Below, one piece after another: positions 1-7,797 of a stretch of 20,000 nt of DNA; position 1 is the first letter of the stretch; every line of letters begins with the position of its first letter. A program made the position numbers and the translations under genes. The DNA is from an uncultured virus (IMG/VR IMGVR_UViG_3300006417_000331) (Duplodnaviria > Heunggongvirae > Uroviricota > Caudoviricetes): the IMG/VR virus record IMGVR_UViG_3300006417_000331. One strand, written 5' to 3'. The notes under the pieces were generated by a model. That model was not told the DNA's origin. It saw only the letters and a list, made by a program, of their open reading frames with translations, and ran no database searches.

Positions 1-1738
1 TAATCCTATCCTGCTCTTGAAAGACCCCGGTTATCTGGCGAATCTGAAGGGATTGAGCTTCGTTGAACGCAGTCGGTTACTGGATGGGAACTGGAAAATT
101 CGCCCTGCGGCTGGAATGTATTTTCCAAGGCACGATGTCACGATTATTGATTGGGTTCCTACCGATGTGACCAAATGGGTACGGTCATGGGATTTGGCGG
201 CCAGTGAGGAGCGTGAAGGGAAGCATGTGGACTGGACGGTAGGGATGCTGATGGGCCGCAGGAGCAACGGGAAGATTGTGATTGCTGATATTGTCAGGGT
301 GAGAAGAAAAGCGGCTGAGGTGCGGGCGTTAGTGCGTCGTCTCGCGGAGAACGATGGGAAAGACACCTGGATTATCCTGCCGCAAGACCCTGGGCAAAGT
401 GGAAAGCCGATTTACGAAGAAGAATTGATTTTAATGGCCGATGGTTCATTGAAAAAACTCAAGGATGTTGTTGAAGGTGATTTTGTTATTGGTAAAGATG
501 CATTTCCACATATGGTTACTGATATTCATATTCATGGATTATTACAAACATTAAAAATAACTACTGAATGCGGTAGAGTGATTCGTGCTGCATACGATCA
601 CCCATTTTTGACCACTGAAGGATGGATAGAAGCGGGCGATTTAACAACAAACGATTCTTTAGGTTTGTTAGCGGGGATGAAAATAAATTTATCAACAACA
701 AGAACAGCCGAAGAATTTAGGTTGGCTGGTTATTTTGTTGGAGATGGTTCTGTTGGTATAAAAAAAGGATCAATTTCTTCAGATGCTGGATTTTGTTGTA
801 ATGATCCAATTCAAATAGAAGATTTTAAGCATTGCGTTAAATCAATAGGTGGAGAAGTTGTTATTCGCGGTCATCGAGGTGTTAATTATGGAACTACTGG
901 ACTGCAACAATGGTTGAGAGACACTACACTCGCAGGAAAAACAGCTTACAACAAAAGAGTCCCTTCCTGGGTATTTTCATCTCCGAATCATTTAATTGCT
1001 GAATTTATTGGAGCCTACTTCGCTTGCGATGGAACTATCTCTAAAAAAGGAGACAGTGTTATCTTTTATAGCGTATCAAAGGAGTTACTAACTGATATTC
1101 AGCATCTTTTGTTGAGACTTGGTATTTCTTCACGATTAAAACAGAAGAATGGTCAGTATCTTAAAACTCGCCATGTTTCATTTCTTTTAGTGATGAGCCA
1201 GCAAGATGATGGGTATCGTCGTTTTGCAAACAGAATACCGATTCATCATACGATGAAAAAACAACGATTGACTGAATTATCTGCAAAAAGCAGGTTTAGG
1301 CGTTTCGATGAAAAATATATTCCAGATAAGATAAAGTCTATTGCCAAAGATGAGTTGTTGCCTTGTCGTTGTTTAAGTGTTGAGAGTGATAAATCATTTA
1401 TTGTTAATGATGTTGTTGTTCATAATTGCCAAATAGATTCTTACAGGGAAATACTGTCAGAGTTTACGGTACTCAGCCGCACGATCACCAAGAATAAGGT
1501 GGTGATGGCTGAACCTGCTGCTGCGCTCTGGCAGCAAGGGAATATTGAAATCGTGCGTGGCAAATGGAATGAAGATTTTTTAAGCGAGGGCGAAGGATTC
1601 CCTGAAGGACGCCATGACGATCAGATTGATAGTTTATCCAGTGGATGTCAACGCTTACCCGGTTATTCAATCCCAGATTATAGTCAATCAGGATTAAGCT
1701 CAAAATTCAAAGAGTTCAGAAGGCGTCATAAGGAATAA
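1..1738 (+). CDS. terL: Phage terminase large subunit, C-terminal part (5'-truncated by the window edge), interrupted by an intein
   Basis: The frame is open from position 2 (NPILLLKDPGYLANL...), so the real start lies upstream. Terminase motifs: RLLDGNW, RSWDLAA, DWTVG, QDPGQSGK, and the nuclease motif FPEGRHDDQIDSLS. It lies upstream of a portal gene. Confidence 0.92.
   Translation, partial: NPILLLKDPGYLANLKGLSFVERSRLLDGNWKIRPAAGMYFPRHDVTIIDWVPTDVTKWVRSWDLAASEEREGKHVDWTVGMLMGRRSNGKIVIADIVRVRRKAAEVRALVRRLAENDGKDTWIILPQDPGQSGKPIYEEELILMADGSLKKLKDVVEGDFVIGKDAFPHMVTDIHIHGLLQTLKITTECGRVIRAAYDHPFLTTEGWIEAGDLTTNDSLGLLAGMKINLSTTRTAEEFRLAGYFVGDGSVGIKKGSISSDAGFCCNDPIQIEDFKHCVKSIGGEVVIRGHRGVNYGTTGLQQWLRDTTLAGKTAYNKRVPSWVFSSPNHLIAEFIGAYFACDGTISKKGDSVIFYSVSKELLTDIQHLLLRLGISSRLKQKNGQYLKTRHVSFLLVMSQQDDGYRRFANRIPIHHTMKKQRLTELSAKSRFRRFDEKYIPDKIKSIAKDELLPCRCLSVESDKSFIVNDVVVHNCQIDSYREILSEFTVLSRTITKNKVVMAEPAAALWQQGNIEIVRGKWNEDFLSEGEGFPEGRHDDQIDSLSSGCQRLPGYSIPDYSQSGLSSKFKEFRRRHKE
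407..1426 (+). mobile_element. Intein (340 aa) with a LAGLIDADG homing endonuclease, inserted in the terminase
   Basis: Block A-like PIYEEELILMADGSLKKLKDVVEGD, block B GRVIRAAYDHPFLT, endonuclease motifs LAGYFVGDGS and FIGAYFACDGTI, block F CRCLSVESDKSFIVN, block G VVVHN followed by Cys(+1) at 1427. Removing it restores QDPGQSGK|CQIDSY. The segment is visibly more AT-rich than the upstream extein. Confidence 0.93.
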
Positions 1739-1746
1739 CATTTAAT

Positions 1747-1776
1747 TTGCTAACTTATCTTTTTCTGCGTTATACT
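1747..1776 (+). promoter_or_regulatory. Putative sigma70-type promoter upstream of thymidylate synthase
   Basis: TTGCTA (1747-1752), 18-nt spacer, TATACT (1771-1776), in the terL-thyA intergenic gap. An AGGAG ribosome binding site follows at 1819-1823. Confidence 0.6.
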
Positions 1777-1831
1777 ATTCAAAATGATGCGCCAACACTT
1801 ATTTTGAACGTGTAAAGCAGGAGTTTATGTT

Positions 1832-2665
1832 TTGATGAATACGGATACTCTATATCAGAAGATTATTAGAAATATTCTTTATTTAGGCGATCTGGTTCGT
1901 ACAAGAAATGAATTCGCTATTTCAAAGATTGATCTTGATCCGGTTACTTTTACCACAACGCCATTAGTTACGATCAGACATACGGCATGGAAAACTGCTA
2001 TTCGTGAAATGGAATGGTTTATGAGTGGAAAAGAGAAATGCCCTGATGAACTGTTGCCATGGTGGAGCAATCAATTAAATAAAGAAGGTTTTTATTTATC
2101 TGGATACAGCAAACAGTTTCGACATGCAGCAGCGGATCATATCAATGGATTTGATCAGGTGCATTTCATCCTTGAAGGATTACGCCATCATTCAGAGTCA
2201 CGACGACTGGTAATGACGGCCTGGAATCCGTTTGAAATGGCATTTATTACCCAACAGAATAACAACCTAAAGACTCCAAGCACCTGTCACTCGACAGTGA
2301 TCCAATTTTTTGTGCGTGGGGAAACCCTGTATATGACCTCCTATCAGCGCAGTGCAGATATGTTATTAGGGGTTCAGCATAATTGGATTCAATCATGGGC
2401 GTTGCTGTTATGGTTTGCTTATCACTCTAAGTTGAAGGTAGGGCATCTGCGCTGGGTATTCGGTGATGCTCATATTTATGCTCATGATACTCATATAAAG
2501 GCCGCAACTGAAATTATCGCTTGCGATTCCAGTCCAGTTGAGACGAATTCATTTAACTTGATTTACCAGCCACAAAATGACAGTGAAGTATTTAGAGCCG
2601 ACGATTTTTTAATGGAAGGGATCATCCCTGAGCCAAAGGTATTCACTAGGCCGGTGTTGCTATAA
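1832..2665 (+). CDS. thyA: Thymidylate synthase (ThyA family), divergent
   Basis: Motifs IREMEWF, GYSKQFR, FDQV, SRRLVMTAWNP, catalytic TCH (Cys at 2285), YQRSADMLLGVQHN and FGDAHIY. Start is TTG 1832 or ATG 1835. Confidence 0.88.
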   Translation: MMNTDTLYQKIIRNILYLGDLVRTRNEFAISKIDLDPVTFTTTPLVTIRHTAWKTAIREMEWFMSGKEKCPDELLPWWSNQLNKEGFYLSGYSKQFRHAAADHINGFDQVHFILEGLRHHSESRRLVMTAWNPFEMAFITQQNNNLKTPSTCHSTVIQFFVRGETLYMTSYQRSADMLLGVQHNWIQSWALLLWFAYHSKLKVGHLRWVFGDAHIYAHDTHIKAATEIIACDSSPVETNSFNLIYQPQNDSEVFRADDFLMEGIIPEPKVFTRPVLL

Positions 2666-2689
2666 CTACAATTAATTAGAGGATGAGTT

Positions 2690-2884
2690 ATGACTGCCTT
2701 TATCAAGATGTCAATTCCTGTCTTAGACCCATTACCCAATTGGGTTGTTTGTCCTTATTGTAAGCGTAAAGTCACTTCTTATTTATTCAAGACTGAAGAA
2801 TTTGTCAACTCAACTTACGTCTGTATTGAACATGGTGACATTCCTGTCCCTATGAGAAGCGCAGTAGTGAATCGGTATAAATAA
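2690..2884 (+). CDS. Small hypothetical protein, probable zinc ribbon
   Basis: GAGGA SD upstream, CPYC...CIEHG metal-binding pattern, and a tight fit between thyA and the portal gene. Confidence 0.65.
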   Translation: MTAFIKMSIPVLDPLPNWVVCPYCKRKVTSYLFKTEEFVNSTYVCIEHGDIPVPMRSAVVNRYK

Positions 2885-2893
2885 GGAATAACA

Positions 2894-4162
2894 ATGTATT
2901 CAAATGCTCGTAAGTTATTAACTTCTGAAATTGCGATTACAAAAATCCTCAGCTTTTTAGCTATTGTCAATGACCCTGACGAAATTCTATCTCAGGCCGG
3001 GATTCGTCGTCATCAACTGCGTAAACTGGAATTGGATGATGAGGTGGCGCAGTGTAAGGATACTCGCGTTGAGGCCGTGGTAGCGACGCCATGGCGGATA
3101 GAGCCTAATCAAACCCGCGTAGGTAAATGGATCACTAATGTTATTGAAGACCATATTGAAGACATGAAACGTGGCGTCATGGACGCTCGCTTCTATGGTT
3201 ACAGTGTTCAGGAAATTATTTGCAAGGAAGTGCCAAAAGGAATAGGTATTGAACGGTTAGCATTGAAACCTATGGAATGGTTTGCGCCACAACGCGATGG
3301 GTCACTGCGGTTTTTCCCGGATGATGGTTCTGGAGGAATAGAAGGAATTGCGGTTGATTCTGTAAAATTTCTGGTCTCCCGGTGTAATCCTTCCTATCGC
3401 AATCCCTATGGCGAAGCGCTTTTGTCAAAGCTGTGGTTTCCTGTCACTTGGAGAATGGAAGGGTGGGGAATGTGGTTGCAATTTTTGGAAACCTTTGGTG
3501 AACCGATTGTCTTGGGGCAGATGACGGATTATGAAGCGTTTGTCACCGCAATGAAGGCGCAGGGAATCAGGTCTACGATTGCCTGGAAAAGCGTTTCAGA
3601 AACAGACAAGGTTACTACCATCAATGCAAGCACTCCTGGAGAGTTTGACCGTCTTGAACAAGCGATTTTACGCCGAATCCAGAAGCTCATTCTTGGACAA
3701 ACGCTGACTTCTGATATTGGCTCCAGCGGCAGCTATGCCGCAGCCGCAATTCATAATGAAGTTAGGAATGATAAGCGCCGTGCGGATATACGGATGGTGC
3801 AGCAGATAGGGCAACAGTTAGTCAATACGCTCTGTATGATCAATGGTATTTCAGATCAACTTAAATTTATAATGGCTGATGACTCAGGACTTGAGTTAGG
3901 GAGGGCGCAACGAGACGCCGTGCTTTCTCCAGTATTGGCCGCCAGTGGATTCAAGTTGAGCAAAGAATACTATCTGAGAAACTACGACTACAAGGATGAA
4001 GATATTGATGAAACAGATAATGAGGTCAGCGATCCACCATTACCGAATCCGGTAGGCGATGTCTCCAACCAGAAGAAAGGGGGAGTTGTTGACAAGGATA
4101 GGGATATTGGAGTTTCACCAGCAATGAAAGATCGTTCAGTAACAAATCAAAATGAGAAATAG
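2894..4162 (+). CDS. Phage portal protein, DUF935 / Mu gp29-like
   Basis: Motifs MDARFYGYSVQEI, NPYGEALLSKLWFP, FLETFGEP and ILGQTLTSDIGSSGSYAAAAIHNEVR are typical of DUF935 portals. AAGGA SD upstream. Confidence 0.88.
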   Translation: MYSNARKLLTSEIAITKILSFLAIVNDPDEILSQAGIRRHQLRKLELDDEVAQCKDTRVEAVVATPWRIEPNQTRVGKWITNVIEDHIEDMKRGVMDARFYGYSVQEIICKEVPKGIGIERLALKPMEWFAPQRDGSLRFFPDDGSGGIEGIAVDSVKFLVSRCNPSYRNPYGEALLSKLWFPVTWRMEGWGMWLQFLETFGEPIVLGQMTDYEAFVTAMKAQGIRSTIAWKSVSETDKVTTINASTPGEFDRLEQAILRRIQKLILGQTLTSDIGSSGSYAAAAIHNEVRNDKRRADIRMVQQIGQQLVNTLCMINGISDQLKFIMADDSGLELGRAQRDAVLSPVLAASGFKLSKEYYLRNYDYKDEDIDETDNEVSDPPLPNPVGDVSNQKKGGVVDKDRDIGVSPAMKDRSVTNQNEK

Positions 4163-4173
4163 AGTATTGTATT

Positions 4174-4680
4174 ATGATGCACTTTACGGTGAGTGTCCTT
4201 GATGCGGGTGTTGCTAAAGGGCTTCGTAAGATTCGTGAAAAGATGGATTATCCATTCCCGCTCTATCGTAAGATAGGGCTGTTGTATGTTGATAATGCAA
4301 AAATGCGGTTCAAGAGCCATACCGATCCAAAAGGTAGAAATTGGAAACACAATACCACGGCTACACGGTTCTTAAAAAAGGTGGGGCTAAAAAAGCGTAA
4401 ACCTGCGATTCGTGGAGAATATGCTATTGGCACATGGACTGGAAATCTTGCTGAATCTATCTGGTTTAATATTCGCGGCAATGAGATTAGTGTTGGGGTG
4501 ATGAGTAATGAACCGTCATCACGATATTCCAGTACCTTTCAATTTGGAGCAAAGAGAGGTGAATTTAGTGAAACGGCTCCATGGAATACAATCCCACCAA
4601 GACAATTTCTAGGGTTTAATAAAGTCACGAATAATAAGGCTATTGACCTAATTAAAAATCATTTTACTGAAAACAAATGA
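4174..4680 (+). CDS. Phage virion morphogenesis protein (Mu gpG / P2 gpS-like)
   Basis: Basic protein with RFKSHTDPKGRNW, TGNLAESI, YSSTFQFGA and IPPRQFLG motifs, directly after the portal gene. Confidence 0.8.
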   Translation: MMHFTVSVLDAGVAKGLRKIREKMDYPFPLYRKIGLLYVDNAKMRFKSHTDPKGRNWKHNTTATRFLKKVGLKKRKPAIRGEYAIGTWTGNLAESIWFNIRGNEISVGVMSNEPSSRYSSTFQFGAKRGEFSETAPWNTIPPRQFLGFNKVTNNKAIDLIKNHFTENK

Positions 4681-4868
4681 ACATTATTGAAAATATCAGT
4701 CAAAATGATTCTTTATCAATTGCAATTGATTATGGTAGAATCAGCATCCGTAATCTGTGGTATCGCTATGATAAAGACACAGACTGTCTAATTCTTATGT
4801 CAGAAACACCAACTCCTTCACTCTTTAATGATGACACTGAAGCTAATGAATCCATTGAACCCTTTTAA
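4677..4868 (+). CDS. Small acidic hypothetical protein
   Basis: ATGA overlap with the previous gene suggests translational coupling. Its 3' end overlaps the nrdJ start region. No motif recognised. Confidence 0.45.
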   Translation: MNIIENISQNDSLSIAIDYGRISIRNLWYRYDKDTDCLILMSETPTPSLFNDDTEANESIEPF

Positions 4869-6819
4869 GTTACAGCAAACCTCATACGAAGTTTGGGATA
4901 GCAAGTATCGGCTGAAGGATGACAATGGAAATCCGATAGATCAAACGGTTGATGATTCCTTTAAGCGAGTGTCGGGTGCCCTTGCCAAGGTCGAGACCCG
5001 CGATCAGGAGCTTTGGTACGAGCGATTCTTGTTTGCAATGAGGAGTGGAGCCATCCCTGCGGGACGAATTATGTCGAACGCCGGAGCGGAACAGTATAAG
5101 CCAAAGACTTCGTTGATCAATTGCGTCGTTTCCGATCAAATCAATGACGATATGTATTCAATTTTGAATAAATTGCGTGATGCAGGGATGACGCTAAAAG
5201 CGGGCTGTGGTATCGGTTATGAATTTAGTACGCTCCGCCCTAAAGGCGCGTATGTTGCTGGCTCTGGCGCTCACACCTCTGGGCCACTATCGTTCATGGA
5301 TGTTTATGACAAGATGTGTTTTACCATTTCCAGCGCAGGAGGTCGGCGAGGAGCGCAGATGGCGACATTTGATATTCGTCATCCTGATGTGATTGAGTTC
5401 ATTAAAGCAAAACGTGAAGCTGGACGGCTGCGACAATTCAATCTGTCGTTACTGATTACCGATGACTTTATGGAAGCGGTTAAAGAGAACAGTGAATGGA
5501 AGTTCACGTTTCCGCTGGATTCAGATAACGTATACAAAACAATTTCTGCTCGTGATCTATGGAATATGATTATTAAATCCAATTATGAATTTGCGGAGCC
5601 TGGTTTTTTATTGATTGATGAAATCAATCGTATGAATAACAACTGGTTCTGTGAAAATATTAGAGCGACCAATCCATGTGGAGAGCAGCCACTTCCTTAT
5701 AATGGATCGTGTTTATTAGGTTCGATTGATTTAACACAATTCGTAAAAAATCCGTTTACTTCAGAAGCCTGCTTTGATTGGGGGCGCTATGCTAAAATTA
5801 TTCGTATCTTCACTCGAATGCTTGATAATGTAGTAGAACTGAATGGGTTGTCATTAGAAGGCCATAGAAAAGAGTTAGAGTTAAAACGTAGGCATGGAAT
5901 GGGATACTTTGGATTGGGTTCCGTTTTTTCGATGCTCAATATGTCCTATGGCTCACCAGAGTCTATTAAGGTTACTCAATCAATTACTGAAGCGTTAGCT
6001 ATTGAAGGGTACTTTGCTGGATTAGAGTTGTCAATGGAGAAGGGGCCAGCGCCAATTATGGAGGATGATTTTGAGGTTACTGATGAATTACGAAAGAAGC
6101 GACCTGAATTGTTTATGTCACACAGAAATAAAAATACGGTTAAAGGAAAGTATCTTCACGCAAACAGTGAATACATGCAACGTATTGCTAAACTTGAGCC
6201 AGAGTTAGTAATGAAGTTAGAAACACATGGTTGCAGATTTACCCATCACTCCTCGATAGCTCCGACAGGGACCATCGCGCTATCCTTTGGAAATAACGCT
6301 AGTAACGGAATTGAGCCTAGCTTCTCACATCATTACTTTCGTAACGTAATTCAGCAAGGAAAGAACACAAAAAATAAGACGACTGTGTATTCAAAGGAAG
6401 CGTTAATCTATGCCAATCTATTTGGAAAGCCGTTACCAGACTGGTGTTTGACTGCGAATCAGATTACTCCGCAGCAGCATATTGATATTCAGGCTGCGGC
6501 GCAATACTGGGTTGATAGCTCGATTTCAAAAACAGTAAATGTCCCTTCAGATTGTTCAATGGAAGATTTTAATGAAATCTATCTCTATGCCTATGAAATG
6601 GGATTAAAAGGATGCGCTACTTTTCGCTTCAACCCTGATGCTTTTCAAGGGGTATTAGTGACTCAATCAGACCTTGATAACACCACTTATCAGTTCACTT
6701 TGGAGGATGGAAGTATTATCGAAGCCACTGGGTCAGATACGATTGAATATGATGATGAATTACACGGTGCAGCTAATCTTTTTGACGCTTTGAAGGAAGG
6801 TCTGTATGGAAAGTTCTAA
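4828..6819 (+). CDS. nrdJa: Class II (adenosylcobalamin-dependent) ribonucleotide reductase, large chain NrdJa
   Basis: Motifs PAGRIMSNAG, SLINC, TLKAGCGIGYEFSTLRP, GGRRGAQM, ATNPCGEQPL, CLLGS, APTGT and DSSISKTVN. The C-terminus AANLFDALKEGLYGKF resembles proteobacterial NrdJa. There is no class I beta subunit, and an NrdJb-like gene follows. Start is uncertain (4828, 4831 or 4846). Confidence 0.9.
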   Translation: MMTLKLMNPLNPFKLQQTSYEVWDSKYRLKDDNGNPIDQTVDDSFKRVSGALAKVETRDQELWYERFLFAMRSGAIPAGRIMSNAGAEQYKPKTSLINCVVSDQINDDMYSILNKLRDAGMTLKAGCGIGYEFSTLRPKGAYVAGSGAHTSGPLSFMDVYDKMCFTISSAGGRRGAQMATFDIRHPDVIEFIKAKREAGRLRQFNLSLLITDDFMEAVKENSEWKFTFPLDSDNVYKTISARDLWNMIIKSNYEFAEPGFLLIDEINRMNNNWFCENIRATNPCGEQPLPYNGSCLLGSIDLTQFVKNPFTSEACFDWGRYAKIIRIFTRMLDNVVELNGLSLEGHRKELELKRRHGMGYFGLGSVFSMLNMSYGSPESIKVTQSITEALAIEGYFAGLELSMEKGPAPIMEDDFEVTDELRKKRPELFMSHRNKNTVKGKYLHANSEYMQRIAKLEPELVMKLETHGCRFTHHSSIAPTGTIALSFGNNASNGIEPSFSHHYFRNVIQQGKNTKNKTTVYSKEALIYANLFGKPLPDWCLTANQITPQQHIDIQAAAQYWVDSSISKTVNVPSDCSMEDFNEIYLYAYEMGLKGCATFRFNPDAFQGVLVTQSDLDNTTYQFTLEDGSIIEATGSDTIEYDDELHGAANLFDALKEGLYGKF

Positions 6820-7435
6820 TCCAGTCATTAGGATTGACCGCAAGATTGTGGCTTGGGCAGTGAAATCGGTTTCATCTGATCCTGTTTTTGTTGAACCTGC
6901 TCAATCCGTGAGGTCCTTGCAACAACGTCCTGAGAAATTAAGCGGCAGCACCTACAAAGTGAAGACGCCGCTGTCTGAACATGCGATGTATATTACCTTA
7001 AATGACCTTGTGATTAACGAGCAGCGTCGCCCTTTTGAAATCTTTATCAACAGCAAGGATATGAAAAGTTATCCGTGGATCGTGGCGTTGACGCGATTGA
7101 TGAGTGCAGTATTTAGAAATGGTGGAGATGTTACTTTCCTTATTGACGAATTAAAATTTGTGTTTGACCCTAATGGTGGATACTTCAGTAAAGGGAAGTA
7201 TGTGCCTTCAATTATTTCAGAGATTGGTTATATTATTGAACAGCACTTGATTGAATGTGGCCTGTTCAAGCGTGACGAATCACTAAAACAAGCAGCGATT
7301 GATGAGGTGCAGGCAAACAGTGCGGGTGTATTCTATGAAGGACTGTCACGTTGCTCGAAGTGTGGCGATACCTCAATCGTAGTCAAGGAAGGTTGTTCGA
7401 CGTGTCTGAGTTGCGGTGATTCAAAGTGTTCTTGA
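6806..7435 (+). CDS. nrdJb: NrdJb (TSCPD-domain second chain of split class II RNR, C-terminal Cys cluster)
   Basis: Motifs RPEKLSGSTYKVKTPLSEHAMYITLND, RPFEIFINSK and ALTRLMSAVFRNGGD, and C-terminal CSKC...EGCSTCLSCGDSKCS. It overlaps the nrdJa stop. Confidence 0.88.
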   Translation: MESSNPVIRIDRKIVAWAVKSVSSDPVFVEPAQSVRSLQQRPEKLSGSTYKVKTPLSEHAMYITLNDLVINEQRRPFEIFINSKDMKSYPWIVALTRLMSAVFRNGGDVTFLIDELKFVFDPNGGYFSKGKYVPSIISEIGYIIEQHLIECGLFKRDESLKQAAIDEVQANSAGVFYEGLSRCSKCGDTSIVVKEGCSTCLSCGDSKCS

Positions 7436-7451
7436 AGGCATAGGTAATGAC

Positions 7452-7484
7452 TAGATAGCAATTAAAATCGTTGCTATCTATTTT
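7452..7484 (+). terminator. Probable intrinsic terminator after nrdJb
   Basis: Perfect 10-bp inverted repeat TAGATAGCAA (7452-7461) / TTGCTATCTA (7471-7480) with a 9-nt loop, followed by TTTT. Confidence 0.6.
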
Positions 7485-7524
7485 GAATGATGATAGTATT
7501 GTTTGTGACGCCTAATGAGGATCG

Positions 7525-7668
7525 ATGATGGACTTTGAATTCTGGTTTTGGGTTATTGTTGCTTTTCTGGTTGGACGCAATCGCCACTGTAGAGTTTCGC
7601 TTTTCTACTGCGGAGACGATGAAGATAAATACAATAAATCATTGATAGGAATTCTACTGAAAAAATGA
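7525..7668 (+). CDS. Small (~47 aa) putative membrane peptide, below the ORF-track cutoff
   Basis: GAGGA SD at 7517-7521 and ATG at 7525/7528. Translation: MMDFEFWFWVIVAFLVGRNRHCRVSLFYCGDDEDKYNKSLIGILLKK*, with a hydrophobic N-terminus. Confidence 0.55.
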   Translation: MMDFEFWFWVIVAFLVGRNRHCRVSLFYCGDDEDKYNKSLIGILLKK

Positions 7669-7675
7669 AAACAAT

Positions 7676-7750
7676 GGATTCGTAGCTCAATGGCAGAGCG
7701 GGTTGGTTACTCTATCCGGTTACAGGTTCGAGTCCTGTCGAATCAATCCA
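7676..7750 (+). tRNA. tRNA-like element or pseudo-tRNA (best-register anticodon TAC, Val), degenerate anticodon arm
   Basis: Acceptor GGATTCG/CGAATCA (6 bp, G1-A72 mismatch), then TA, D arm GCTC-AATGGCA-GAGC, and T arm ACAGG-TTCGAGT-CCTGT. The anticodon stem GGTTG/TATCC has a U-U mismatch and the loop is GTTACTC. The 3' end reads A-T-CCA. Confidence 0.7.
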
Positions 7751-7757
7751 TTCAATG

Positions 7758-7785
7758 AACATAAAAACACATAATGAAGTTCTTT
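7758..7785 (+). repeat. 28-nt direct repeat, copy 1 (AACATAAAAACACATAATGAAGTTCTTT)
   Basis: Identical to 8256-8283. Similarity continues as TCGGAGGT versus GCGAAAGT. Confidence 0.95.
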
Positions 7786-7797
7786 TCGGAGGTGCCT

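Noticed and set aside
1827..1835. Mini-ORF ATG TTT TGA overlapping the thyA start
   Set aside because: It is only 3 nt from the SD, too close for efficient initiation, and is likely chance.
7700..7717. Ochre suppressor reading (TTA anticodon) of the tRNA-like element, implying genetic recoding
   Set aside because: It would need G at position 33 and an out-of-register stem. Genes here translate full-length in the standard code and many end in TAA.
7774..7797. Tracked start at 7774 for the hypothetical gene
   Set aside because: This ATG lies inside the repeat with no SD. ATG 7798 has GGAGGT just upstream.
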